A stretch of 64,000 bases of DNA from Podarcis tiliguerta (lineage: Eukaryota): assembly GCA_965153285.1 (NCBI GenBank), contig OZ229116.1; one strand, given 5' to 3'. Positions 13,189 to 27,671 of this stretch are shown here, piece after piece. A model generated the notes under the pieces. That model worked only from the letters and a program-made list of their open reading frames with translations. It did no database searches and was not told where the DNA came from. Every line of letters begins with the position of its first letter. Position 1 is the stretch's first letter. Both the position numbers and the translations under genes were made by a program.

Positions 13189-14991
13189 CCCTGAACATAG
13201 TGGGAATGGAAGTCCTACGTACTGGACTACGGAAACTCCAAAGAGACAAATTTCTAAATGCAAACAGGGAAATACCCTGCAGCTATGAGGATATACATAT
13301 ACTATGCAATTATTACATCTTACCGTTGGTATTGCATGCGGAAATATTTCTAGCACTGTCCAAAACACTTTGGCTCTAATTCAGAGTCTTGCGAGCACAC
13401 CCTGCGTTTTGATGTCATTTCTAACTCAGTAGCCTCACCAAAACCACAAACAAACTATACTAAAAGCAGTTTGAAATTGTGCTAGGGAAAGCAAGAAGAA
13501 AAAGGCACACCCTCCCTTCAAAGATTAGGATTTTGTTGGATTATAGCCATGATGTGGAAATAAGCTCCGCTAAAGTCACTGTAACTAGCTTACTTCCAAG
13601 AAATGTAAGAAATTACACTTTAAAAATGGAATCGGTGGAAAATATGAGGAGCTAAAAATATGTGAAGTAAATTAACTTGCTAGGCTGCCACAAGGCAGCT
13701 GCATCCATGTATTGAATTACAGAAACTGTAACCTAAAAAATGTAATGTGATGTGAACATGATTAGGTTACAGCAAATGTTTAAACTAAAAAACAATAGCA
13801 GAGGGTTGGTATATTGAAGCTGCTTTGTAGGGGAGTGGGAGCTGGTATGCAGAATGACAAAAGGGAAATGGAGTGTTTCAGATGGACACACAGCAAGATA
13901 TAAGCGTACAGTGTACTGTATTGAGTTGAGATGATTTGGGACATAAGAACACAGCCTTTTCATCTTGCGGCACTTCTCTTATTTTTCTCCCTCCATTCCT
14001 CCCAACAAACCCTTACACAAGCCTGTGATCTTGAAAAAACTATTTGCCACTTGATTCTGCAACTTTTGTTATTTATAAAAGGCCCTAAAACAGAGATCAA
14101 AAGAACAAGTCTTAAGAATTCATATTCTTTTTCCACACCTCCTGATGAGTCATTAGTAAAATAAGTGCATAAACTCACAACTGAAGTCAAAAACTGTTGA
14201 GGATACTTTGATATAGCGCCACAAAGGATATGTGCAAGGAGGCAACAGAGGTTACAAATGGCCCAGTTCCAATAAGAGTGCTAATAAAAGAATAATGGAA
14301 TTTTCTTGTACTGTGAATGGAGGAAAAAAAACCCTGTGCCACCAGGGAATTTAGACAAGGGGGGAAATATCAAAGCTTTGCCTCTTCAGTTGATTCTTTT
14401 TATTATATCTTAATTGATCTACTATTACATTTAACTTCAACAGTTCCATATCACAAAACTCCCTTCAGAACTCATAGTTGTCAATCTTTAAAAAAAAACC
14501 ATTAATCAATTTACACAAGCTTTACCATTTGAAGCATGATGCCTATGATTGCACAGCAAAAAAGAGCACTTGGATGAATTATTTAGGCTAAAAACATTTC
14601 ACAATTACACCTTAACACCTATATATTACACAATTACACCTATATAAGCACAATTACTGCTTATATATCATTTTACATATGCCTCTCTTTCTGTGTGTCC
14701 TGCTCTTTTCAAGGAGAATTATGTACCCAAAATTCCAGAAGACAGTATTAATAATAAAACTTCTAAAACCTCCTCCTACAAAATTAATAAGCCAGCAGTC
14801 ATAACACATTTAATTATTAGCTCAAAATGTAAAAATCTACAAGCCAACAATTAAAAGGAACAGATGGGGGGAGGTCTCACTCTCTGATGGCTGGCCCACC
14901 ATGGTCAAGGTGTGGCTATAGGATAAGGCCTTTCTGCACACCACAAAGCAGCCTCCAATTCTCCCTCCATCCAGCCACTAAAACTGTAGAG

Positions 14992-15197
14992 CAGAGCTTT
15001 CCAAACTGTGTGTCGCAACTTGTTAGTGTGTTGGCTGCAGTGTGTAGGTGTGTCACACGAACTCTCCCAATGCTCCTCCCAGGACTGGAAAGGGGTTAGT
15101 TTAACCTCCGATTTGCTAGTAAAACTGAATTATTGTGTCGCAAAATGATGCATGTCTAAAAAGTGTGTCGCCAGCATGTAAAGTATGGAAAGCTCTG
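14992..15197. mobile_element. hAT-type MITE (206 bp)
   Basis: 16-bp TIRs CAGAGCTTTCCAAACT / AGTATGGAAAGCTCTG (1 mismatch) and a perfect 8-bp TSD CTGTAGAG at 14984-14991 and 15198-15205. Confidence 0.92.
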
Positions 15198-16377
15198 CTG
15201 TAGAGGGTGGGTAGAGAGGGGAGGGGAGGGAAAGAAAGCACAGAAGAGCAACAGAGGTGAGAAAAGAGAAAAGAAAGGGGGAAACAAGGTAGGGCTCTAG
15301 CACACTGGGTTCATAGGGAGCCCAGTGAGAAACCACGGTACATGACCAGCCAGTGGGAGGAACCATCCTAGACTGATGACTGTCCTCCTTATCAAATTCA
15401 TTTAAAAACCTGAATTACCAAAATTGTGATAAACATGTCATTGCTACCTGATAGGGCCGTATTGTTATCTGTTTTCCAGATGGCTATCACTTGAACCATG
15501 CTCTTGCTTTTGCCTATTCAAGACAATGTTGATGGACAGGTACCCGTGATTTTTAAGATTCTTCTGCAGTTGTGAACAGTAGTGTAGGGTGTGTCATTAC
15601 TCCCTCCACTCAGGATGATGTGACTGCCCACATACACCGTTGGAGAGATGGGAAGGATCTGTGCTGGAAATGGACTCCCCATAAAGCAGTAGATGCATTC
15701 ATTACAGTGGGTTAACATCCACATTTTACAGTTTGAGAATCAGTTTTAGACACATAAAGAAAGCCAAGTGCTTGAATTATTCCAACACACAGCTGTTCAA
15801 TTACGGCTGGTGCAGAGGAGGAACGCAAAAGGCCTCCCCATGGAAACTTCACCAAAGGGTACAAATCCTAGCTAGAGGAGTATAAAAGAAAATAACCTTC
15901 TCAGAATGGTGCTGATTGACATAAGATCCACTGCTGTTGGTCTGAAAATGTGCAGAGCAAAATGTATCAAGACCCCATTGATCTCTAATGACCTAATTCA
16001 AATTAAACTACACCAAGGAATGGGAGGAAAGGGAAAACCCATAGGTGGTCCTAACAGAGAATCAGTGGTGTTTTATTTATGCAAGCAGGCAAAACGATTC
16101 ATCAGAGTCAATGACTGGCTGGTCTAGGTAAACAGGATAGCCCTAAACTCCAACCAAAGGTAAAGGGTGGGTTGTTTTTTTACACACTAGGCACGTAGCT
16201 CTATCCTCAAAGATTGATCCTAGCAGTACCATGTCCCCGAGCAACAATAACCACCCCCCAAGGTCACCACAGGGGTTGAACTGGTTGTACATCCTTTAGT
16301 AGCTTAAAGGGTGTGTATACCAACATCATTAGCAGAGTAGTATTACTGACAAAAAAAAATCTGCAATTTATTTTTAC

Positions 16378-16440
16378 CTTGTGATCATATGGGTTGTACG
16401 AGTGAAACAATCTTGACAGTTCTTTCGTTCTCTGTTTTTT
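16378..16440 (-). CDS. CDKAL1: CDKAL1 internal coding exon (63 nt, approx. human exon 13)
   Basis: ttttctacag|AAA AAA CAG ... CAC AAG|gtaaaa. Encodes [21 protein letters not shown], the continuation leading towards the TRAM domain. Phase 0-0; lies inside ORF 16264..16485. Confidence 0.95.
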
Positions 16441-18845
16441 CTGTAGAAAAACAAGGAAACGTAGCATTATAGAACTGAAAAACAAAATTATTACATGTTG
16501 GATGAAGCCGTAGGAAACCTATTTTTATCCTAGCACTATTTGACTGCAAATCAAAAATATGCTTCATTCACATATTAGTGCTCAGGTTGGAAAGCTCCTT
16601 TTTAATAGTTTCATGTTGTGGAAATCAGAACTTTTCCACCAAGTTTTTTATTGCTGCTGTATCTATGTTGTGATTAATGCAATGAATGAATTGACTGTGG
16701 CAATCCTACTGTAAGTTTACACTGATTACTGTTAAACAACTTTTTGAAACATGTGCAAGCATGTGACAGCAAGAAACAACGCAGAGGATTATGTGTGTTT
16801 AAGATGTCCACAACTTCATTGGTTACAGTGCACACAGTTTAGTGTAGGGTAGGCTGAGGATACCATCACTGGGCAGCTAAACTATACTTGCCAATGTCCT
16901 AGTTCCAGCCTATGGGCCCACCATGGTACCCCAGGCAAATTCAGAGTACGGCAGCCTACCAACCAGCCAAATTGAGGGTGTGGGCAGAAAGCAGCACCCC
17001 AAAACCTTACAGGAATTCCCTCAGGATGCCCATCTCCCACTTAACTCCACCATGGATGCTGCCAAGTTCCTCTCCCACTTGCGACAAGGTTCTCGACAAC
17101 TGCTGTGAGGAAGGCAAAATCTGCTCAGAGCCAGACCCAATTATACCTTTAGATAAATTTCCCCCTTGCAGGAAGCCTCAGTACACAGCTGTGTACACCA
17201 ATATAACTTCAAATTAAGAATAAAATGAAGGTGGGCGAGCAGGTATGTTGTTGACAGCCATGCTGCAGCTGCAAGGTGGTCCTGTATTTATAGCAGCTGA
17301 TTGGCTTTTAGAAGTGAGGCCTCCGCAGAACCCTGTGCTAAACTAATGCCAGATACCCTCTTTCAAACCCTGTGGGGCACAAACTGGCATCAAAGTGGAA
17401 ATCTGGTACATGAGTTCTGAAATAAATCCAGCAACTGGGGCTGCATGTACATAGAAAACTTTTAAAAGCTGAAATCTCACTAATAACACGTTTGAACTGT
17501 CCTTCAACCAGCCTGTTCCTCTTACCAAACAGCTGATTTGCAGAAATTCAGCTTTTAAAAAGGCTTATGTACACACAGCCCCAGCTACTCTGTGATGGAC
17601 TGGAGCCAGAAAATGGATTAATTTCAGTTAAGGGATTGTTAGAGAGCAGAGTTCCCATCATCACAGAACATTTACTGCCAGTCTATTATGCCACTGAGAT
17701 TATGTGATAGTGCCTCAAGTTCACAGGGGTGGTCTAAGACAACTTTCATGCTATATGCCAAATGCTAAGGGTTAATAAGCCAACTTTTCCTCATTTTTGT
17801 GAAAGACTGTCCCTGGATGGATGAAACACAAATTAAACTCACTAAAATAATGCACATTAATATTAACTGACACTATCGTTTTTAGCTTTGAAAGCTTTGG
17901 GACCAAAAGCAATTAAAAAAAACAGCAACCCACAAACTCCTCTCTGTATGAATTAAAATAGAGTTGATGCCATCTTGTTCAATTAAATTACTTCCCACAT
18001 TAAAAGGAACCCAGAGGAATGAGCAACAAGGTTGATAAACACAAAGTGGTTGCATAATTTTCTGACCAGATATAAGCACGTTCCTGAAAACCCCAAAGTT
18101 ATAAACAATATTTGCAAAATTCCTAATAGATTTTAATGTAGAGGTTGAAAGGTGATGTACTATTTTACAATGCTATGCGATCATGGTGGATATTTATGAA
18201 GCAGGCCTCCACAGATCAGAAGAATGTAACATGCAAATCTGACCTTTGATATATACTAAGATTAATATAATTTGACTTATTATATCTAGCAAAGGATTAT
18301 AGTGGACATGTATGAAAGTATTGGTCTTCATAACAAATCTTCAAAAATGTAGAAAAGGTGTGTGGGTGTGGGAAGTATACCTCCAGTCTCTTTATAATTA
18401 TTAGATTCTTACCAGGAACACAGTTTAGAAAGAGGCAAAATTAGATCCAAAATTGTGCAAGTGGAACTCTATTCACACAACATAACTTTGCCACCTCCTT
18501 TCAATTTCCTTATTTCTCTCTGTAAATTTCTACCTTTTCGTGTGTATGATTTTGTTAACTTGTTTTAATACTTAATATGAAATTAAATGATTAGAAAACA
18601 TACTCACTGAAACAGGATGATGGCTGGCAATAACAAAAGTTTGAATTGAATGAGGCCAATGAAACTAAACTCTAATCACTTCCTCAATCTCCTGCAAAAA
18701 TGAAACTCCTAAGTAAAATAATAATAATAATAACAACAATTTTTTAAAATTCCTGGTATCTACTGACCCATGTATACACATCTTAACATCTCACATAAGA
18801 TGAGCTGTCCTTTAAAGATGGGGAGGAGGGAGAAGGATCACTTAC

Positions 18846-19026
18846 TACTTGAGCTGGAACTTGATGCATTTTTGCAGCAGGAGTCCCAGGGCGTGGGTAA
18901 AACTGGTTAATAAAAAGACTTGGAAACTTGTACTCTTCTACAAGCTTCATGGTTTCTTGAAAATCTTCATCTGTTTCCCCTGGAAACCCACAAATGATGT
19001 CTGTGGCAATTGTTATTCCAGGCACT
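18846..19026 (-). CDS. CDKAL1: CDKAL1 internal coding exon (181 nt, approx. human exon 12)
   Basis: gtttcag|A GTG CCT GGA ... CAA GTA|gtaagt. First base completes the split Lys codon AA|A. Encodes [60 protein letters not shown] with the TDxIxGFPGET and PRPGTPAA motifs of the MiaB/RimO/CDKAL1 family. Confidence 0.97.
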
Positions 19027-22000
19027 CTGAAACGAATGAAAACAAGAAGTGTTAAGCTGAAGACTGGACATATTAGCTTCTTCCCCTAGCAAAATATTAG
19101 GTATTTAGTGTGTTGCATAACATACACTGCATTTACCTATGGAAACTGACAACCATTAAATATAGCTTTATATAAGGAAAAGCCCAAACTACAAAATTCA
19201 ACTAGCTTAACTGTCATGGTTTCTCTCCAATACACCCATAAATTTTAGTTCTGCAAGGAAGCTTAGAATTTCTAAGAGATCATTCTCGGCATGATACAAA
19301 AAACTAAAATTCTCAGGGTTCTTTCAGGGAAGCCGTAACAGTTAACCCATTTTATATTTGCAACATAGATGTCTGCCCAGAGACCAAGGAAGAGGTTAGG
19401 AAGGTATCATTTTTGAAAGCGAATGACCAGCTAGACTACAATACTTCAGGGCATTTCTCTGCAGCAATTTCCAGGGCTTCTAGGCTAGCCAGACTCATTG
19501 GAAGCACACTGGAAGAGACTGGGACCTTTCTAACCCATGCTGATGGTAAGCCATTTGTGTGGCTGGTATGCTGAATACTGGAATATTCCCCTTCTAGGGT
19601 ATGGGGTGTGGACTACCAAGGGGATGTGGCAATTGTGCAATGTCAGCACATCCAAGAATGCACACTGACATATACTGAGCATATTTTTTGAGCTGTTCCA
19701 GGATTTGCATAAATATGTACTCCAAAATTATAATACAGAAACATTCTGAATTCTGTCCTTGCTTCACATGGGAAAGATTTGCAGCTCTGACAGGCTTAAA
19801 TGAGGCAAGCTATACGACTCTACAAATGAATGGCAAGTAGCACTGTCTGACATCTCGAAGATTAATAAGATGCACATTATATTTGACAAAAAGCAGTTAC
19901 AGTTTAGTTATACCAGTCATTTTAATGACACAGCTGGCATTAGCTAAAGCATGTGATACCTACAGCATTGGTAATGACATCCACTGCATGTGTATTTCCC
20001 AGTTTCTATGGGAACGTGAATGGTAAGTTTCAGTCATGCTAGATTCAGTGAAATGTCCATGACATGTGTTCCATCCAAGAAAAAAAACCCAAAACCCCTC
20101 TCTGATTGACATGGAATAATTTTGGTGCTAATATGGAAATTAAAAACTAATACATTTCCCTCCCTAAATGTTTCTTTCCAAACAAAATGAAAACTTGGAT
20201 AAAGAAGAGCAGCAGGCCTGACCTAAATCATAAGATCCCTATGGTTCTCCTAACATTCTTATAGACAATAACACAAATACATTTTAAAAGTAGAAATGAT
20301 GTAAAAAACCAGTAATTCAAAAAAGAAAAAATGAAATTACTCCAACATCCTCTTTTTTCTTGACCAATTTTTAAAATTATGATTTATTATTATTTTTTCT
20401 CAGAAAAAAATATTTTTTTTCCTCAGAAAAAATAAGGAGCTGTTGGGGTATTGCATTCTAATTTGCAAGCTTAAAACAATCCCGGGGGTCTGAAATTATT
20501 TCCAGTATGTTCATATTGAGCACCTATTCCAAAACCAAATGCAAAAAAGCACTGTGCAAAAAAGAATCTGCCAGCAGACCTATGTCTGAGCTGCATAACT
20601 TCAGATTGCAATAATAATATTGAATGACCAAATGCTCATCCTTATAAAAACAACCTCTTCAAATAGAAATCAGTCTGTCAAGAAAATGTTGTAGCCTAGC
20701 TTCCTCCCTCACTTTTGGGTAAGAACCCACCCAAAATTGCACGAAATCTTGCACGCTCTATAAGATCTTGCCCAAATGGAAGTGGCTGGTTCTCACCTCT
20801 AAAGCCCTAACCTGCATGGGACCAGGGTATCTTTAGTATTGCTTCCATTCATATAAATGGTCCTAAGCTTTACCATCTGGGATGGAGGCAGCATTCAGAA
20901 AATGATTCTTGGTGAAAGGATACAAATATGCATTGAGTGTCACCCTTTCATTTGCTAGCTATCTGAGGGTATAAATCAAACATCTACACCAAAAGCTATC
21001 TATATATTCCTATTGTGCCATGTAGTATACAAGTAAATGAAAAAAGCACAAACAGATGTTTACAAACATCTTTAAGAAAAGCCTAAATGAAAGCTACCTC
21101 TGGCCAGTATAACAGTGTCATAAAACACTTTGTAGCAGCAGAAAATAAAATCATTTGGATCCATACTGAAAAACAAAAAATATAAATTCAGTATGCGGTA
21201 TTCAAGGAGGTTTTACTAGAATAAAACTACTGAAATAAATGGACCTAACTTATCCTTGCTCTGTAATTGAAATGTGTCTACTCTGAGTAAAACATAGTTG
21301 AATACCACCCAGTTTAAGAGAGTTTGTTTTTAAAAATGCCAGTTACTGTGTGTTCTATTATAAGTTCATTATTTAAGCCTTCTGTTTGGATTACTTCTAA
21401 CAAACTCAAATCTGTTGATGATGTTCATACTTCCAATAAATACATCAGCAGGAGACTCCTCACAGGCAGGACACCTGCTAACATCTTTTATTCATGTACA
21501 TGCTCCCGGTGCAGAACAATTACATTGTTTCATATATTGTAAAATGAATTCTATAAGCAGATGATATATTACTGCAGCCTACTCTGTCAGGCACTTTCCT
21601 TTGTGCTCTAGTTGCACCGAAGTACAAAATGACTTTTCACTGTTGCATTTCCTTTTAAAAGTCTGTAATGACAACACACTGCAACACTCTACAAATATGT
21701 AGAGTGAATATTTTAAAATGCAAATACGTCTTTCAGGCTTTTAAAAAATGCAATTTATTTCCATTGCTTCATATACCAGAGGGAAGAACAAACAATGGCA
21801 ATGCTTTCCTAGACACATTAGGTCACAGTAACTAGAGCTTGGGTTCTGAGAGGTGCCCACCCACTCCACAAATCAGTGTTTTGTCAAGGCTTTTCATCTT
21901 TTCTCCTTTTAACTCTTGTGGCACACTACTACCACCTAATTCCCAGAAAGAAGACTTCCTCATCTAAGCTCTTGGCTACTCGCTCCCATCAGACGTAACC

Positions 22001-22574
22001 TTTGACACACACTGGCTGAACTCAGCAACAGAGGAAGCAAAATTTGCAGCAATCCAAGATTTAAAGAGAAGTGGGCTACTGCAAATATACAACCATTCAA
22101 GCACAACCTTCAATGGGAAATCTTTGTTTTAATCACCATTACTCTCAGATATTCAGCATCCTGACTATGAACATTTTCATTAACCTATCCGCCTGAAGTA
22201 CTGAGCTGCCCCCTTCCAGAAACATGTCGTACTGTGTGTTATTTGAATGAGCCACTAAAAGGTGTATCTATCAAGTAATTCATCATCCGATAACTTTCCA
22301 CAGTGTGTTTTGACATATATGCTTGGTAAATTTCCTATCTATATCATGCCAAGTGGTAGGAAGAATTTATTTCCCATCCTATGAATAAATGTTAAATATC
22401 AACACATTATAAATACTATAAAACAGGCAGAAAGGACTCTTCTGCAGAGTATTTTTGAACAGAGGAAATAACTGGACAATTCCGATTTAGGCAGCAATTG
22501 ATACATTTGATTATAAGCTGAGATCTTCTAAGTTCCTTTGGCTTTTTCCTTCTAGGCTTATTGACATGGTGGTG

Positions 22575-22620
<46 letters not shown>
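22575..22620. repeat. (TCTA)11 microsatellite
   Basis: Read directly. Confidence 0.95.
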
Positions 22621-25600
22621 ATCAACAGAATCCTCTGCTTTAATTGCATGCTGAGTGAATCGAGTCTTCTTTCTGTTTCCGTAACAGTAGTGGAGGCTTC
22701 TCAGCAAGCAGAAGTAGTCTAAATGCCTTTTGCTCCCAACTTTCATCATTGATTTCTTTGAAGGCACAATTTCAGTTTGGAGCCCCATTTGGGCTTACTT
22801 ATCCTTAAACAGTCTACACTTGCCATACAAATGAAACCCTGTACAAAACTTCATTAAAGATTTATAACTTCAGATCATTACTGTTTTATGACTTTAAAAT
22901 GAGAGACTTAAGACAAAAGCTCAACATCCTTAAACTTCATTTCCATTAAATCTCTAATAAATACCATCTGGTGTGTACTTTGGGGATATAATACACGTCA
23001 AAAACTCAGCCACATTATGAGAACCAGCACCAAGTTTATCTGAAATGCATATTTGAACAGATGTGTTTAAATTACATCTCCTTCTATGCACATGCATAAA
23101 TTCAGAGCAAGCGTGTGTTGATTTAAAATGCATAAAAATGGGATTTGGAGATGCATCACAAGTGAATGGCATCTCAATGGATCAAGGCTCACATTACTAA
23201 AGGTCATTACTAAAACTAAGGTTTGCATTTATTAAGAGTTGCATCGGGGAAATGATCATGAGAACTGGCTTAACATTTGCTGCATGATAGCAGTCACTGA
23301 GAACTGTCAGCTAATTTTCTGTTACATCTCCACATTTAGTTTTCAGCACCATCGCTAAATATTATTTGCTCTACTAAAACAGGAGACAAAATTATTTAGC
23401 TGTAAGCTGCTCAATCTGGCTTTAAACAGCTGCTTATGCCAGTTTGGCATAAAAGCAGAAATTCCTTGCATTTGGCATGGTGATTTCAGAAGACGGAGCC
23501 CCAACAACATGAATGTCATTCTCTCAACACCAAGTTCAAGCTACCATTATAAAACGGCATGTTCAGTAAGGAAAACTTGTCTGGATGGTTCAATAATTCA
23601 TGCACAGAGCAGTGCTGACGTGCAGAGATATGGACTTGGAATGGGAAGACTTGTTTAATTCTTCACTCAGCCATGCAGCTTTTGGGGTGGTGTTGGGCAA
23701 TTCAAGATTTCATAGCTTAAAACTCCTCACTGGATTTGTGTGTGAATAAAGTGACCAACCTCATCTAGCCTTGCCCCTTTGCCAAAGCCACTTACCCCTT
23801 CACAACTTACTGAAGCCCCTCCCTCCCTCCTTATCAAAATTACTCTTCCCCTTAGACATAATCAAACCTCTGCTTGCTGGCCTGGGCCACATGCCTGCCT
23901 GCGCTGCATCTCCAGTTCCCTACTCCTCATGTTCCTGCTCTGATGGCTTAGCAGCTCTGTAGTTCACAGTGCCACCTGTTGGCAGCCATGCAAACTGCAG
24001 CATGATGACATCCTTAGGAAAATATGCATTAGGAGGAATTAAAAATAAATAGTTCAATATGAACCACCCTGACACTCCTTGAGAAAAGGGGTGTGTGAAT
24101 ATGCAAGTATGTGCTTCACACTTTACATCAGAAGCACAAGTCAACTGCATTTCTACAAGTCCTGTCTTTTGTGTGATCAGCTTATAGACCAATTTACACA
24201 GCTAAGTTCAGTAGGGTTTACTCATTTTCAGGTGTTTAGGACATAGAACATGCAGAGGTGTACTATGGAAAGAAACCTTGACCTGTGGGTCCACATTCAG
24301 CACAGATGTGAAAACCATCATTACCTACTGGCACCCCAAGAATCTGCTTACAAACTACTTAAGGAAATGTGGCTGTAATTTTTCTTACATGAAGCGCTGG
24401 CATGCTATGTGAGCACTCAAATATGTTAACTGTTTTATAGGTTAAAGAAAGGCACTGTTTGTCTTTTCAAGAAGACCACTCTGTAAGTTTGGTATTTAGT
24501 GTGATTCTGTTGCCTAGATACTCTGTTTCAATCAATAGTCACTGGTAACTATCCTTGCAACTGTCCTCAACACACAACGTTGTTTGAATTAACATTATTT
24601 TGCTAAGAATGTTGCAATGCATTCATAGTGATTTCAAATTGTTATGGATTTGTTTACCTTGGAACTGCATAAAGTGGGTGAAGAACAGGGAGGAAGACTG
24701 GGGTTGCCTGGCAGTTGTGCAGATCATCTTGACAGCACAGTGCCAAACAAGCAACCTCTCCACCTCTCATTTCTACATCTACAACCCTCTCTCTCCAATC
24801 TGGATTGGGACCAAAGTGGAGGAAATTTTGAAAATTCATTTTCATGGCACTCTCCTCCTTATATAAAAATCACGCTTACTCCAGGCTGCTATTAGCTGCA
24901 GAGGGTGGGAAGAAGACAGGTACAGAGTTGTATCTGTCTCTCCCTCCACTCACCAGGATTCTTCTTTGGTGTGTTTGTGATGACAGTTCTCCCATGCCTA
25001 TTTTGTCTTTTAGATCTGCTGAAATCAGTGGAGCTTAAGTTCTTAAATACTTGCAAAATGGGATTTAGGCACAGTTACCTAAGTTGTAATCAAACAACTC
25101 AAGGCATTTGCTTTTACAAATGGTTATAACCATAAATAAGCCAAGACCTTTTTAAAGTCCAGAGATGGCCTCTTGAGAAATGCTCTTCAGCAGAGTTGAG
25201 GTGGGGGGAAAATGATGAGACTAGAAAACAAGCGAGCTAGCTTATAAATAATATAACAGAAGCTGTTCGACTTGAAACAATATAAACTCAATAAAAAGCC
25301 ATTGCCCTAAAGCATGAATTTAACTTTTTTATTGTTCATGTCAGTGGAATGCTTCTCTTTAAATGGTTACTTCACAAATCAGTCGATGTTTTGAAACATG
25401 TTATTACGACAGCAGCACATCTAACTATTCTTGGGGAAATGGAAGCAAATAGTATGTACACTTTCAAAAACAGTGGATCTCATGGCTATGGAAACCTGGA
25501 AATACATTTCATAAAATAGCCTAGGAATGAAAACAGAAGCCACAAGTGGGGCTTACAACAAAACGGTGCAATGGGGAGGAGTGCTCCTGAAAGGTTTGTG

Positions 25601-26206
25601 GCCAACCAAACATGCCCTCTTTCAGCATTTCCCCACTCGATTTTCTGCCCCTCTCAATCAGAAATATGTGCCCATGGAACACAGTTAGCCCTCAGTGGGG
25701 TGTTTTGATGCCCTCCCCCTTTATACAGTATTCTAAATAGTGTGTTTTTGTCATTCTAAACACCTCGGAATTTCCCAAGCTTGCTGATATGAATGGTGTA
25801 TTTTGGCTACACTAGGACAGGCACTCTGAGAATGATTGCATTATTAGTATGTTTTATTACTGTGTGCTTGGAAAGCATGTTCTCTTCTCTTAGACAAAGC
25901 CCACAAACTTATCTCATGCTATTCCCACCATTTAAAAGCTTTATTAGAAACATTTAAGACTTACAAATACCTATATGAAACTTTTGCCTACAGAGTGGGT
26001 GAACATGCCCTTCAAATATGATGTATATATCTTCTAGTCATTTCATACCTTGTGTGTTATTTGTAACTAATTTCCAGTTTGATGAATATAAACACTGCTA
26101 TGTTTTCTTTCTTTCTTTCTGTCTGCTCACTGTGTTCCAAGGTTCCCATAAATGCTAGAGACAGACCTGAATAATTGCTAGCTTTTATATCATCTAAGGA
26201 AAGTGG

Positions 26207-26560
26207 AGGGACGCGGGTGGCGTTGTGGGTTAAACCACAGAGCCTAGGACTTGCCGATCAGGAGGTCGGCGGTTCGAATCCCCGCGACGGGGTGAGCTCC
26301 TGTTGCTCGGTCCCTGCTCCTGCCAACCTAGCAGTTCGAAAGCACGTCAAAGTGCAAGTAGATAAATAGGTACTGCTCCGGCAGGAAGGTAAACGGTGTT
26401 TCCGTGTGCTGCTCTGGTTCGCCAGAAGTGGCTTAGTCATGCTGGCCACATGACCCGGAAGCTGTACGCTGGCTCCTTCCGCCAATAAAGCGAAATGAGC
26501 GCCACAACCCCAGAGTCAGCCACAACTGGACCTAATGGTCAGGGGTCCCGTTACCTTTAC
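26207..26560 (+). mobile_element. Full-length Sauria SINE (Squam1)
   Basis: tRNA-like head with A box TGGCGTTGTGG and B box GGTTCGAATCC, tail TTACCTTTAC. 12-bp TSD TAAGGAAAGTGG (26195-26206) / TAAAGAAAGTGG (26561-26572), 1 mismatch. Confidence 0.92.
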
Positions 26561-27466
26561 TAAAGAAAGTGGCTTTTGCTTTGTTGTTGCAAGCTGCTAT
26601 GGTGTAACATACGATCTTTTGCTCTGTACCCAAACTATCCTAGTTATTCTGCAGCAAGCATCCAGAATCAGCATCACCATCTAAAGGTCACAATTTATTG
26701 TCAATGATACATGCCCCCAGGGCTTTTCATTGAATGTTGAATCCAAAGAAAAACTCTCAGTAACTCAAAAGTTCGCTCGCTATTTTGTAATCTTTACTTG
26801 AGATGGTTTAAAATAATTATCCAATATATTTTCCAACATAAATTCAAATTGGAAGAGGTATCTTTGCTTGGCCAGTCCAACTCTATTTCCCATCACAAAA
26901 TAGGTAATTTGTATTACTCCTCTTAGGCTTTAACGATCTGAGGGTGTTTTCAGTGAAAACTATTACCCACATGGAAGGAGGAAACCTAAATATCTTAAGC
27001 AAATACATTCCTTGACTAAGAGTGAACTGCATACAGAAACTAAGCAGAGTACACACTGTATTTTCCACAGTGTTATAAACAGGTCCCCTGTAGGCAAGAG
27101 GCTAGACGATAAATGATTGGAATGAATGGAATGAAGAAGTGAATGTCTGGAAGTTTTAAATGTAACACTAAGTCACAGGGCAATGTTTCTGAATGCAGGA
27201 TTCAAGGAAGAGGGTATATTGCAAGACTAATGGCTAACCGAGATAACACTTTTTCGGTCACTGCTCAATTGGCTGACTTAAGCAGTTGCCAGCAGTAGGT
27301 GTATGAATCAAGTCTGCTTGAGGACTGAAACATTGTGTGGGTGAAACTATCCTGTCACTTCATAAAGTTCCTGACCAAGGTTAACTGCCACATCTCTGGG
27401 GGGAAACCCAAAGCTTTTTCTTTTTTTTGAAGGACAGACATGTCCAGCAACAAGTTAACTTTTCTA

Positions 27467-27589
27467 GGAAAATGTGTTGTTGTTTTCGGCAGCCCTGTTT
27501 AGGGAAGCTTTTAATGTTTGATGTATTATAGTATTTTTTATTTTTTTTTGGAAGCCGCCCAGAGTGGCTGGGGTATAAATAATAAATTT

Positions 27590-27671
<82 letters not shown>

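Noticed and set aside
18783-18845. In-frame extension [20 protein letters not shown] after the 181-nt exon as an alternative C-terminus
   Set aside because: It begins at a consensus GTAAGT donor, the next exon is present and in phase, and I saw no clear nearby poly(A) signal.
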